Source of the DNA: Candidatus Kaiserbacteria bacterium
GTDB lineage: Bacteria; Patescibacteriota; Minisyncoccia; Phycocordibacterales; UBA2100
Reading direction: 5' to 3'
NCBI GenBank assembly: GCA_028286865.1
Contig: JAQBQU010000010.1
Location: forward strand, 6,143 to 70,142
DNA length: 64,000 nucleotides
Positions 35,064 to 44,456 of this stretch are shown piece by piece. The notes beneath the pieces are model-generated. The model saw only the letters and a list, made by a program, of their open reading frames with translations, was not told where the DNA came from and made no database searches. A program made the translations under genes and the position numbers. The stretch's first letter is position 1. Every line of letters starts with the position of its first letter.

Positions 35064-36485
35064 ATGATCATGTATAGCATCAGAAAATATTCGTTCGCAA
35101 CCCTTCCGCTGCTGGCTCTGTATTTCACTCTGATAGCATTTGCTCAGGCAGATACCACGACTGCCCCTTGTCCTTACTCCTGGACGCAAGATCTCCAAGT
35201 GGGCAGCGCCGGCGATGATGTTCTGAAGCTCCAGCAATTCCTTAACTCAGATCTAAATACACAGATCGCGGTATCCGGTGCAGGGTCTCCTGGAAATGAG
35301 AGCACGAGTTATGGACTGCGAACCAAACAAGCCGTCGCAAAGCTACAGGAAAAGTATGCAGCCGATATTTTGTATCCGATCGGACTCGTAAAAGGAACTG
35401 GTTCGGTTGGCATGAAAACTCGAACGAAATTGAACGCGCTGTGCACTACTTCTACGACAACTGCCGCCGTGCAGATCACTCTTTCCGATGCTGAAATTTT
35501 GACTATCACGGATCCGACTCAACCAGCGGCAACACTAGCTCCCCCAGGCGCAGGCGGGGTGCCGTTCACGACAATCACCCTCACGGCCGGAAGTAAAGAT
35601 GTAGACGTGCAGAGTATCACTGTCGAGCGTACGGGTCCTGGATCGGATGGATCGTTCGACAGCATCTCCCTTACGGATGAAAATGGAGACGGCATTGGCG
35701 GCGATGAACATTTCGACTCAAATCACCAGACCGTGTTCCGTGAACCGTTCACGATACCGGCGCACACGTCTAAAACGCTTACCATCTTGGGCAATATGGC
35801 AAATGAGCTAACAGACTATGCCGGACAGACGCCGATAATACAGATCAACGTTATTGATACGTCGGCAAGTGTTGTCGGGACACTCCCGTTCAAAGGCACG
35901 GCCCAGACCATAAACGATTCCCTCATCATCGGAGGCGCGACCGCGATGCTGTCTCAGTATGACCCGGACACGAATACAAATCGCTACATCAACGATACAG
36001 ACATTCGCTTCTCAGGTATTCGTATTACCGCAAACTCCCAAGAAGACCTCACTCTCGATTCGATCACATGGGACCAAGGCGGTACGGCAGGAAATAGCGA
36101 TATCTCGAATGTCGTTACTTTCGTGAATGGAACACCATATCCCACCGAAATGGTCGATCACTCCTATACCTCTACTTTTTTCCCGGGCATTGTGATCCCC
36201 AAGGGCCGATCAATAGATGCGTATATCCAGGGAGACCTCACCACAGGCGGGTCAAATCGAACGGTTGAGTTTGACATAGGCGGTTCAGACGACATCGCTC
36301 TCACTGGCAATACGTTCGGGTACGGTGTAGGAATTTCGGCGCAGGGCAACACTGCCGTGAGCGGTAATTCCGTATTCATTACAAGCGACGGCTCTCCTGA
36401 CGGCGACGAAGGTGGTCCGTTCTATGCCGGATCAGTCGTAACGATCAATGGCAGTGCAGTTACCTCGATCGGGAAAGCGAACTAG
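35064..36485 (+). CDS. Secreted protein with an N-terminal peptidoglycan-binding domain and repeated beta-rich modules
   Basis: 473 aa with a signal peptide and a PG_binding_1-like segment (VGSAGDDVLKLQQFLN...YGLRTKQAVAKLQEKY), followed by two similar Ig-like modules. Confidence 0.65.
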   Translation: MIMYSIRKYSFATLPLLALYFTLIAFAQADTTTAPCPYSWTQDLQVGSAGDDVLKLQQFLNSDLNTQIAVSGAGSPGNESTSYGLRTKQAVAKLQEKYAADILYPIGLVKGTGSVGMKTRTKLNALCTTSTTTAAVQITLSDAEILTITDPTQPAATLAPPGAGGVPFTTITLTAGSKDVDVQSITVERTGPGSDGSFDSISLTDENGDGIGGDEHFDSNHQTVFREPFTIPAHTSKTLTILGNMANELTDYAGQTPIIQINVIDTSASVVGTLPFKGTAQTINDSLIIGGATAMLSQYDPDTNTNRYINDTDIRFSGIRITANSQEDLTLDSITWDQGGTAGNSDISNVVTFVNGTPYPTEMVDHSYTSTFFPGIVIPKGRSIDAYIQGDLTTGGSNRTVEFDIGGSDDIALTGNTFGYGVGISAQGNTAVSGNSVFITSDGSPDGDEGGPFYAGSVVTINGSAVTSIGKAN

Positions 36486-36538
36486 ATCCGCGAACACTGA
36501 CTGCAAATCACTTGTTGGCCGATTAATTGGAGAGATCT

Positions 36539-37111
36539 CTACAGACTTATCCTCATGTACCCGTTATGATCGCGCAGATATTTCTTGGCGATGACGGTCG
36601 TTGCGAATGTCGCGATCATCAGCATGATCCATGCAGCGAGCAAGAGGTCACCCAGATCACTGATCCGTGCCTCGACGACCCGCATGTTGCGTCCCACGAG
36701 CACGAATCCTTTTCCCTGCGGGATGGCTTTTACGACCGCAGCAATGCGAACTCCGACCTCCGGCTCGAGCGTCAGGCGGTCGTCGGAGTTGTTCGCGGCG
36801 TACTCAAAGACACCGGCGGGAGGCACCGGTACGCGGCCGTCGAGCAGGCCCGAGGATACCAGCGGCGTGCCGGTGGCATCGTATACCACCATGAAAGCGG
36901 CGAGACTTCCCGCGATATCGACACTGGTCTTGGGTATGGTACTCGATGCGCTCGCACCGCCCGATATGCGTGCCACAGCGTCCTCGGCGAGCTGTATCTG
37001 AGGGTCATTGAGCGACTGGCGATATATCTGCTGTCCCGAGGCGTATATGGCCAAACAGAGGCCCGTGATGGCCACTGCAAGCGGCAACCAGCTTCTCAGG
37101 TATGTGGGCAT
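36539..37111 (-). CDS. Hypothetical two-TM protein with an extracytoplasmic domain
   Basis: 190 aa with TM helices at both ends (WLPLAVAITGLCLAIY and LLLAAWIMLMIATFATTVI) around a roughly 130-aa domain. Confidence 0.55.
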   Translation of the reverse strand: MPTYLRSWLPLAVAITGLCLAIYASGQQIYRQSLNDPQIQLAEDAVARISGGASASSTIPKTSVDIAGSLAAFMVVYDATGTPLVSSGLLDGRVPVPPAGVFEYAANNSDDRLTLEPEVGVRIAAVVKAIPQGKGFVLVGRNMRVVEARISDLGDLLLAAWIMLMIATFATTVIAKKYLRDHNGYMRISL

Positions 37112-37142
37112 CTATCGACTATACCAGAGCCTTCATAAACGC

Positions 37143-37166
37143 AAAGCGCCTTAGGAAAGGCGCTTT
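37143..37166. terminator. Hairpin enclosing the pyrB stop codon
   Basis: AAAGCGCC-TTAGGAAA-GGCGCTTT. The pyrB stop (complement of 37151-37153) lies in the loop. Confidence 0.45.
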
Positions 37167-38104
37167 TTGTCGAGAAGTGTCGAGAGGATGGCCATGCGGA
37201 CGATGAGCCCGTAGCCGACCTGTTTGAAATATACGGCATGCGGCGAATCATCGACTTCGGGCATGATCTCGCCGACGCGCGGAAGCGGATGAATGATGAT
37301 AGCCCCCGGCTTCATGGAATCCGCGAGCGAGCGGTCGATGATGTAGCCCCCGCGGAATCGTTCGTATTCCTCGATGCTCGGAAATCGTTCTTTTTGCACG
37401 CGCGTCTGGTAGATCACATCCGCCACCGCCATCGCATCCTTCATACTCTCGGTCTCGGTGTAGGACACATGATGCTCATCGAGATGCGCTTTTATATCGT
37501 CAGCCATTCGCAGCTCGGGAGAAGAGACGAGCGTGAGTTTAATGTCGTTGTATTTGCTCAAGAGGTACGCGAGGGAGCGTGCGGCCCGCCCGTAGCGAAG
37601 ATCGCCGATGATGGCCACGTGCACTCCGTCAATATGTCCGATCTCTCGGTCTATCGTGTAGAGATCGAGCAGTGCCTGGGTCGGATGCTGACCGGCGCCG
37701 TCGCCCGCATTGATCACCGGTATCTCTGAGATAGCCGCAGCTCTCTCGGCGGCGCCCGCTTCAGGAGAACGCATGACGATGACATCCGCGTAATTATTCA
37801 TCACACGGATCGTATCCTCGAGCGTCTCCCCTTTTGTGGCCGATGATGCTTCGGTCGCATTCTCCGCCGTGATCACATGCCCGCCGAGCCGGTACATCGC
37901 AGACTCAAATGAAAAACGTGTACGCGTCGATGGCTCAAAGAAAAGTGACGCAAGTATCTTTCCGTGGAGCGAATCATCCCGGCGCGTCTCAAGTGCCGTC
38001 GCCAGTTCAAAAAGTTCCTTGAGCGAGGCGCGATCGAACTGCTGCGTTTCTACGAGATGATGCATGTTTTGAGGGATTATAGCACCGCTATATTCCCATG
38101 CCAC
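37151..38104 (-). CDS. pyrB: Aspartate carbamoyltransferase catalytic subunit
   Basis: 317 aa with FFEPSTRTRFSFE, HPTQALLD and HPLPR. There is no pyrI next to it. Confidence 0.9.
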   Translation of the reverse strand: MAWEYSGAIIPQNMHHLVETQQFDRASLKELFELATALETRRDDSLHGKILASLFFEPSTRTRFSFESAMYRLGGHVITAENATEASSATKGETLEDTIRVMNNYADVIVMRSPEAGAAERAAAISEIPVINAGDGAGQHPTQALLDLYTIDREIGHIDGVHVAIIGDLRYGRAARSLAYLLSKYNDIKLTLVSSPELRMADDIKAHLDEHHVSYTETESMKDAMAVADVIYQTRVQKERFPSIEEYERFRGGYIIDRSLADSMKPGAIIIHPLPRVGEIMPEVDDSPHAVYFKQVGYGLIVRMAILSTLLDKKRLS

Positions 38105-38108
38105 CGGA

Positions 38109-38840
38109 TCAGCGCGAGAGAATACTCAAGGCCCCGCGACTGCCGAGCAGCCAGCTGAAGAAACCCGATATCATGCCGGCGCGCGTCGGTACAACGCTTT
38201 GCGACGGCGTCTTCCACGAGAGGCGCTGTGCCACGAGCGTATGATCTTTTGTGTTGAGACTTCCGATCACCTCTATTTCGATGCCGACGGCAAGCTGATC
38301 GAGGGTGGCGTAGTTGCCGTCGAGCGTGAGGATGGTACCGCCGTTCGTGAAGACCGTCGTTCCGTCGGCGAGCGTGACAGTGGCTTTAGTCGCATCAATG
38401 CCGGTCACGGCTCCCCGCTCGGTGACCGACTCCCGCTGTATCGCGGTGTCTTTCACCATTGTCGCGTTCACCGTCGGGCTCGATGCCGACGTGTCGAGAT
38501 AGCCGCTGAATGAGATCGTGTCGCCGATCTTGATGAGCTTCAATGCGGCCGTACTTGTCGCATTGGGCTGAAAGCGGGTGGAGCCGGTGGTGTTGATGGT
38601 CCAGTTCATTGAAAAGGCTCCCCATCGACTGGAAACCATGATGACGTCGCCATAGACGGCCGTGACCACGGCATCCTTGACGATGACCTGTCCGCTCGAA
38701 GCGATAGAGACCTGCCCCGAGGATGAACCGGTATCGGCATGTGCGGTATTTACTGCCCATGCAAAAGAGAGTGCGATCGCAAGCATAAAAAAGGTAGTAC
38801 GGATCTGCCAGGTGGTGTAGTACTCGCGTGATGTGTTCAT
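38109..38840 (-). CDS. Secreted protein with repeated DUF5666-like beta modules
   Basis: 243 aa with a signal peptide ending AHA-DTG and repeated ...GDxIxVxG... modules similar to the 27756-28220 protein. Confidence 0.55.
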   Translation of the reverse strand: MNTSREYYTTWQIRTTFFMLAIALSFAWAVNTAHADTGSSSGQVSIASSGQVIVKDAVVTAVYGDVIMVSSRWGAFSMNWTINTTGSTRFQPNATSTAALKLIKIGDTISFSGYLDTSASSPTVNATMVKDTAIQRESVTERGAVTGIDATKATVTLADGTTVFTNGGTILTLDGNYATLDQLAVGIEIEVIGSLNTKDHTLVAQRLSWKTPSQSVVPTRAGMISGFFSWLLGSRGALSILSR

Positions 38841-38929
38841 AGATAGTGTGTATTGACGGGGCGATTAATGAGAACGCGTAAGGGGACGGCGCGACCGACC
38901 GTCCCCCGGGATACGTATCGGAAGTTGTC

Positions 38930-39082
38930 TTATCTGACCGGATTCTCCCCGCGAATGAGCCTGATAAGCACCATGATGATCGCTACGACGAGCAACAGAT
39001 GGATGAATCCGCCGATCGTGTACGAGGTGACGACCCCCAAAAGCCAAAGAACCAATAGTATGACGGCTATCGTATATAACAT
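38930..39082 (-). CDS. lmo0937-family small membrane protein (below the ORF-track cutoff)
   Basis: Hand translation gives MLYTIAVILLVLWLLGVVTSYTIGGFIHLLLVVAIIMVLIRLIRGENPVR. This matches the well-known roughly 50-aa two-helix family. A hairpin at 38883-38907 follows. Confidence 0.6.
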   Translation of the reverse strand: MLYTIAVILLVLWLLGVVTSYTIGGFIHLLLVVAIIMVLIRLIRGENPVR

Positions 39083-39255
39083 ATGATCGCTGTGTATTGA
39101 TTGATAACGCTACCTGTAAGACGCGGGCCGAGGCTCACGCTTACCGAGCTTCATGATGCCCTATCGTGCCTGAAGTCATTATGAAGTTCGACTCCGAGCA
39201 GCGGGTGAAAAGCCCTTTATTTGCACAATATCCTGTGCGTAGCTACAATCAGACA

Positions 39256-41802
39256 ATGAAGAAAAAGAGCGTACGACTGACCACGGATGTGCTTCCGCTC
39301 AAATATCAGATAGGCATCACGACCGACCTCGCTACATTCGTATTCACGGGCGAAGAGGTCATTCACCTCTCGCTCAAAAAGCCGACCCGCTCTATCACGC
39401 TGCACGCCAAGGATATCGGGATCTCGGCGGCGCGCGTGGCGCAGAAAAATATTGAGCAACCGACGCGCATCACGTTTGATGCCGCCTCCGAGACCGTCAC
39501 CTTTGTGTTTAAGACTCCACTCTCAAAAGGCCCCGCGAAGCTCGCGATCGCATTCCAGGGTGTGCTCAATGACAACATGCGCGGATTCTACAAAAGCAGC
39601 TATACCGTGGACGGAGAAACGAGATACCTTGCAACGACGCAGTTCGAAGCGACCGACGCGCGACGTGCATTCCCCTGCTTTGACGAGCCGGCGATGAAAG
39701 CGGTCTTCGAGGTCGCGCTTACCGTGGCTTCCGCGTACACGGTGATATCGAATACTATTCCGACCGCGACCGCAAAGCATTCCGACGGCACAAAGACCGT
39801 CACCTTTGCCCCGACGCCGCTCATGTCGACATACCTGCTCGCATTCATCATCGGCGACTTCGAGTGCGTCCAGAAAAAGAGCAAGGACGGCGTCCTGGTG
39901 CGCGTCTTTGTGACACCGGGCAAAAAGCACCAGGCGAAGTTCGCGCTCGATTGCGCCGCAAAGACGATCACATTCTTCAATACGTATTTTGATATCCCGT
40001 ATCCGATGCCGGTGATGGACCTCATCGCGATCCCGGATTTCGACGCGGGAGCCATGGAGAACTGGGGAGCGATCACCTATCGTGAAAGTGCTCTTTTGGT
40101 GGATCCCGAGCACTCCTCAACGATGACCAAGCAGTGGGTCGCGCTCGTGATCGCGCACGAGATAGCACACCAGTGGTTCGGCAACCTCGTTACGATGGAA
40201 TGGTGGACGCACCTGTGGCTCAACGAGGGCTTCGCCTCATATATTGAATATCTTGCGGTAGACCATATATTCCCCGCGTGGGACATCTGGACGCAGTTTC
40301 TGGTCAGTGATCATGGCCGCGCGCTCACCGCTGACGGGCTCAAGCACACTCACCCGATCGAGGTCGAAGTACATCACCCTGCGGAGATCACGGAGGTCTT
40401 CGATGCGGTCAGCTATTCCAAAGGCGCGAGCATCATCCGCATGCTTGCTGAATACCTCGGAGAGAAGGATTTCCGCGATGGCCTGCGCCACTATCTGAAG
40501 AAGCATCGCTACGGCAATACATTTACCGTCGACCTCTGGAATGCACTTTCCTCAGTATCGGGAAAGCCGGTCGCCAAGATCATGAGCAGCTGGACCGGTA
40601 CGGAAGGATACCCGCTGATCTCTATTACAGAGGGCAAGAAGCATCTTGAGCTCACCCAGGCGAGGTTCTTTGCGAGCCCGCTGTCGCAGAAGCAGTCTAA
40701 AGACGAGGGCCTCTGGCAGATACCGGTGAGCGTTGAGAACGCGAAAAAGCAACGGACGCAATTCATCATGAGCAAACCTGCTGCGCGCTTACCGAAAAGC
40801 GACTCATGGATAAAGCTCAACATGAACGAGACCGGCTTCTATCGCACGAGCTACCCGGCGCGCTTGCGGGATCTCCTTGCGGCGCCGATCTCCGAAAAGA
40901 AACTGAACACGCGCGACCGACTCGGGCTGATACGCGACATCATGGCGCTCGCTGAGACCGGAGAGATACCGACCCATGAGGGGTTGAAGTTCGCGCAGCA
41001 TTATACGAAGGAGACACAATACGTGGTGTGGTCGGAGATCGCGTCGCATCTGGCGAAACTGCATGTGCTGTTCGCAAATGAGCCCTTCGTCAAAGAATAC
41101 GATGCATTCGCATGCGCGATCTTCGATGAGATCCGTCGCTCTATCACGTGGGACATGAAGCCGAAGGATCATGCCCAAGCACTCCTGAAAGTACTGGTCT
41201 TGGGAAGCCTCGGAAGATACGGCGACAAGGAGACGGTCGCCGAGGCGAAGAAGCGCTTCGCCTCGATCACCGATAAAAAAAATCCGGTTCCGGCTGACCT
41301 GCGCGGCGTCGTGTATGACATTATCGCGAGAAACGGAGGTACCTCAGAATATGCGGCGCTCACGAAAATGTATACGGATGCGAGCCTTCACGAAGAAAAG
41401 AATCGGGTCGGACGCGCGCTCGGAAGCTTCAAGCAAAAGGACCTGCTTCAAAAGACGCTCGCCTTTTCCCTCTCTAAACACGTCCGGCCGCAGGATAGCG
41501 TGCGTATGATCGCGGGTGTTGTCGTAAATCCGCACGGCACCGAGCTTGCCTGGACATTCATCAAGAGAGAATGGAAGACATTTTCTGAGCGTTATACGGG
41601 AAGTCGCGACCTCGGGTATCTTTTTGCGCCGCTTGAGATCTCGGCATCGAAAGAACTCGCGCGCGACCTCGCAGGCTTCGTCAAGAAAAATAAGGCGCCC
41701 GGAACGGAACGCACCGTGCGTCAGGTGCTCGAACACATCAATTCGAATGCCGCATGGCTCACGCGTGACAAAATGAAGCTCAAGGCATTTTTGACACAAT
41801 AG
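39256..41802 (+). CDS. pepN: Aminopeptidase N (M1 family)
   Basis: ORF 39166-41802. The ATG at 39256 gives MKKKSVRLTTDVLP. It has GAMENWG and HEIAHQWFGNLVTMEWWTHLWLNEGFA. Confidence 0.9.
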   Translation: MKKKSVRLTTDVLPLKYQIGITTDLATFVFTGEEVIHLSLKKPTRSITLHAKDIGISAARVAQKNIEQPTRITFDAASETVTFVFKTPLSKGPAKLAIAFQGVLNDNMRGFYKSSYTVDGETRYLATTQFEATDARRAFPCFDEPAMKAVFEVALTVASAYTVISNTIPTATAKHSDGTKTVTFAPTPLMSTYLLAFIIGDFECVQKKSKDGVLVRVFVTPGKKHQAKFALDCAAKTITFFNTYFDIPYPMPVMDLIAIPDFDAGAMENWGAITYRESALLVDPEHSSTMTKQWVALVIAHEIAHQWFGNLVTMEWWTHLWLNEGFASYIEYLAVDHIFPAWDIWTQFLVSDHGRALTADGLKHTHPIEVEVHHPAEITEVFDAVSYSKGASIIRMLAEYLGEKDFRDGLRHYLKKHRYGNTFTVDLWNALSSVSGKPVAKIMSSWTGTEGYPLISITEGKKHLELTQARFFASPLSQKQSKDEGLWQIPVSVENAKKQRTQFIMSKPAARLPKSDSWIKLNMNETGFYRTSYPARLRDLLAAPISEKKLNTRDRLGLIRDIMALAETGEIPTHEGLKFAQHYTKETQYVVWSEIASHLAKLHVLFANEPFVKEYDAFACAIFDEIRRSITWDMKPKDHAQALLKVLVLGSLGRYGDKETVAEAKKRFASITDKKNPVPADLRGVVYDIIARNGGTSEYAALTKMYTDASLHEEKNRVGRALGSFKQKDLLQKTLAFSLSKHVRPQDSVRMIAGVVVNPHGTELAWTFIKREWKTFSERYTGSRDLGYLFAPLEISASKELARDLAGFVKKNKAPGTERTVRQVLEHINSNAAWLTRDKMKLKAFLTQ

Positions 41803-41814
41803 ACGGATGCATGC

Positions 41815-41837
41815 AAAAGGCCCCCGAGGGGCCTTTT
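41815..41837. terminator. Bidirectional terminator
   Basis: AAAAGGCCCC-CGA-GGGGCCTTTTG, between convergent genes. Confidence 0.7.
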
Positions 41838-41859
41838 GCAATGTCACACGAGTGACGAA

Positions 41860-42744
41860 TTAGTAGTTGGATCCGGATGCAGATGCGTTGGCCTGAGCAT
41901 TTGCCGATGTGGAACCGTTGAGTTCCTCGTTCATGATACGACGCATTTCAGCGACGATACGTGCCTGCGTATCGGCGGTGAGCTTGAACGACGCATTGGC
42001 ATTGGCATTGGCGGTTGCATTGGCGTTCGGAGTCGTGCCGCTCCCGCCGGCGGTAGTGGCCGATGTCTTGGTCATCGCGTCGACGCTTGCCTGAAGCTTC
42101 GCCTGAAGGTCCGCACGGTCGGTCGCGGTAAGGAACGTATACCATGGGTACTTCAGACTTACCTGGCCGTTCTGATCTACCATCGCGGTAGCCTTAACAG
42201 TCACCGGAATGAAGCCGAGGAAGCGGCCGCGCTGTTTGTAGGTCACGGCAACATCGGATGAATTTGCTTCAACAGCCGAAAGGTTGCTGTCGCTTTTCAT
42301 CTGTGATGCAACATATGCCTTGAGGTCGGCGCTGGACTGCACATCGGAAGCGGGGCGCGAGGTCCCCCATGATGAGCTTTCGACGGCATTAGAGTCGATG
42401 TCGGCTCTCGTGATCATGAGCGCGTCGCCCGTGCCCGCGTTGGCCTGAGCATCGGCGGATGTATGTACGTTGCCCGAGATAGAAGAATTGCCCGAAGTAC
42501 CGGTACCGTTCGATCCCGTCACTGATCCGTTGCCGCTGACGCCCACGCCCGCAGTGCCGGATGTGTTTGAGCCCGTGTTTGAAGAACCCGAGCCTGTGAC
42601 ACCAACTGAAGTGGTGACCGATCCGGTCAGATCACCGTTGGTGCTGCCTGAGCCGTTACCCACACTGAGGGCTGCGGCCGGGAGTACGGCACCGAGTGCG
42701 ATGGCTGCCACTGAGGCACCTGCTGCTATTTTTCGAATGTCCAT
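41860..42744 (-). CDS. Secreted G/S/T/N-rich low-complexity protein
   Basis: 294 aa with a signal peptide (AIALGAVLPAAALS), long GS/GT/N tracts and one ordered segment (LKAYVASQMK...VSLKYPWYTFL). Confidence 0.55.
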   Translation of the reverse strand: MDIRKIAAGASVAAIALGAVLPAAALSVGNGSGSTNGDLTGSVTTSVGVTGSGSSNTGSNTSGTAGVGVSGNGSVTGSNGTGTSGNSSISGNVHTSADAQANAGTGDALMITRADIDSNAVESSSWGTSRPASDVQSSADLKAYVASQMKSDSNLSAVEANSSDVAVTYKQRGRFLGFIPVTVKATAMVDQNGQVSLKYPWYTFLTATDRADLQAKLQASVDAMTKTSATTAGGSGTTPNANATANANANASFKLTADTQARIVAEMRRIMNEELNGSTSANAQANASASGSNY

Positions 42745-43044
42745 ATTATTTTGTTTGCATTACTGCTAATTTATAACCGGCGTCTTCACATGGCGAATGC
42801 CGTGCGAAGCGAGCATCATACGGGACCAATTATGAAGGTGAAATGAAAGATCCGCGCCTTTTGCCGCACCGTCAATTGGTCAGGGACCATGCCCGAATTG
42901 CAGCAAGGTCCCCTACATAGGTAATGACGATCTCGCCCCGCCCCGCTTACGCTCCTCCCGCTCACTGCTTCATATCTGGTTCACCCATAGCAGGGTATAT
43001 ATAGAAAATACATTCCTCTATTAATAATAATTCATTCAATAACT

Positions 43045-43587
43045 ATGGCAAAAAAGAAAGCAACAACATCCAAATACTCAACCCTCCATGAGCTGCTTAT
43101 TTTAAAGCTGCAGACCCTGCACGATGTCGAGAAAGAACTTATAAAAGCACTTCCCAAAATGGCCAAGGCGGCGACCGATCCTGCGTTGAAGAGCGCATTC
43201 TCTGAGCACCTTGAAGAGACCAAGACACATGAAGCGCGGATCGATCAGGCACTTGAACATGCCGGCGACACAGGCAAGCACAAGCAGAAGTCCGAAGCCA
43301 TCCGTGGATTGATCAAGGACGCACAGTGGTGCATCAAGAACGTGAAAGAGCCGCGTGCGCGGGATGCCATTCTGATCGCCGCTGCCCAGTACGTCGAACA
43401 CTATGAAATGGCAGGATACGGCGCCGCTCGGACGTGGGCGGAAGACATGGGTCATGCAGAGATATCGGATCTGCTTCAATTGACGCTTACGGAAGAAGGC
43501 AATGCGAATAAGAAACTCACAAGCTTAGCCGAAGGCGGCATCAATGAAAATGTTGCAAGCGGAATGGAGGAGCAGATCGCCCTGTGA
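43045..43587 (+). CDS. Ferritin-like DUF892 (YciE/YciF-type) protein
   Basis: 180 aa. LHELLILKLQTLHDVEKELIKALPKMAKAA...EHLEETKTHEARI...YVEHYEMAGYG follows the DUF892 four-helix pattern. Confidence 0.8.
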   Translation: MAKKKATTSKYSTLHELLILKLQTLHDVEKELIKALPKMAKAATDPALKSAFSEHLEETKTHEARIDQALEHAGDTGKHKQKSEAIRGLIKDAQWCIKNVKEPRARDAILIAAAQYVEHYEMAGYGAARTWAEDMGHAEISDLLQLTLTEEGNANKKLTSLAEGGINENVASGMEEQIAL

Positions 43588-43588
43588 T

Positions 43589-44044
43589 CTATGGGAGCCG
43601 ACTTATGAGCCGATGCATTTCAGCGATGGAATTGACCGTGTGTGTCGGCACATAGCTCTCTCCCAAGACGCTCGCGAACGACTGCTGTCTGAACCATATC
43701 GTTTCAATACCGAGTTCCCCTGCAGCGACAAGTTCCGACGAGATCATGTCGCCCACGACGATGCAGGTCTCCGGAGTGAGGCTATGTGCCTTCAATATAT
43801 CGCGCAGATTGTCCGCATCTTTTTTATCGACGAAATAGGCACCTGCAAAGAGATCGGCTATTTCCATCTCCTCGAGAAGTTCAAGGCGGCTGCGGTCGCG
43901 GCGACTATAGAGGATGAGCTGGCGGTCCTCAGAGACCTCGTTGAGCATCGCGCGGGCACCGTTGTAGAGATTTGCGCTCACGGGGTCGTAGAGCGTTCGA
44001 ATGAAATCAAAAATCACCGCGCGTTTCGGATGTTCATTTTTCAT
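43589..44044 (-). CDS. HAD-like hydrolase (degenerate motif I)
   Basis: ORF 43589-44227. The ATG at 44044 gives MKNEHPKRAVIFDFIRTLYDP. Motif IV is VGDMISSE. The second Asp of DxD is absent. Confidence 0.55.
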   Translation of the reverse strand: MKNEHPKRAVIFDFIRTLYDPVSANLYNGARAMLNEVSEDRQLILYSRRDRSRLELLEEMEIADLFAGAYFVDKKDADNLRDILKAHSLTPETCIVVGDMISSELVAAGELGIETIWFRQQSFASVLGESYVPTHTVNSIAEMHRLISRLP

Positions 44045-44054
44045 GATGTACGTA

Positions 44055-44441
44055 TTAAGACGTGCGAAAGCCCTCTTTCTGACCGGTATCATCGCTTTCG
44101 AAAAAAGCGAGGGCGAGGGCTCCCGCCGCGATCGAAAGATCCCTGAAAACGACCTCAAAATTGCTGAAGTCGAAAATAACGATGGCAAGCAGAATGAGCG
44201 CGGCGAGTACCGAAGGGTACTGCACACGTCTACCGGAGAGTATCCATAGAGCGATCACGACCTCAAGAATGCCGAATCCGTGGAGCAGCACCATATCCGG
44301 CACGTATCCGTGCATGAAGGCCGGAAAGTATCCGAGCCACGAATACGGGTCGTAGAGCGCACTGATCGGCGGGTATAAGAACGCGAAGGCCACGCCGATC
44401 CTGAGGATAAGCATGCCTTTTTGGTGCGATTTCATTGTCAT
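44055..44441 (-). CDS. DoxX-like membrane protein
   Basis: 128 aa with four hydrophobic helices (LRIGVAFAFLYPP, GILEVVIALWILSG, AALILLAIVIF). Confidence 0.5.
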   Translation of the reverse strand: MTMKSHQKGMLILRIGVAFAFLYPPISALYDPYSWLGYFPAFMHGYVPDMVLLHGFGILEVVIALWILSGRRVQYPSVLAALILLAIVIFDFSNFEVVFRDLSIAAGALALAFFESDDTGQKEGFRTS

Positions 44442-44456
44442 AAGCCTAGGTGGTGA

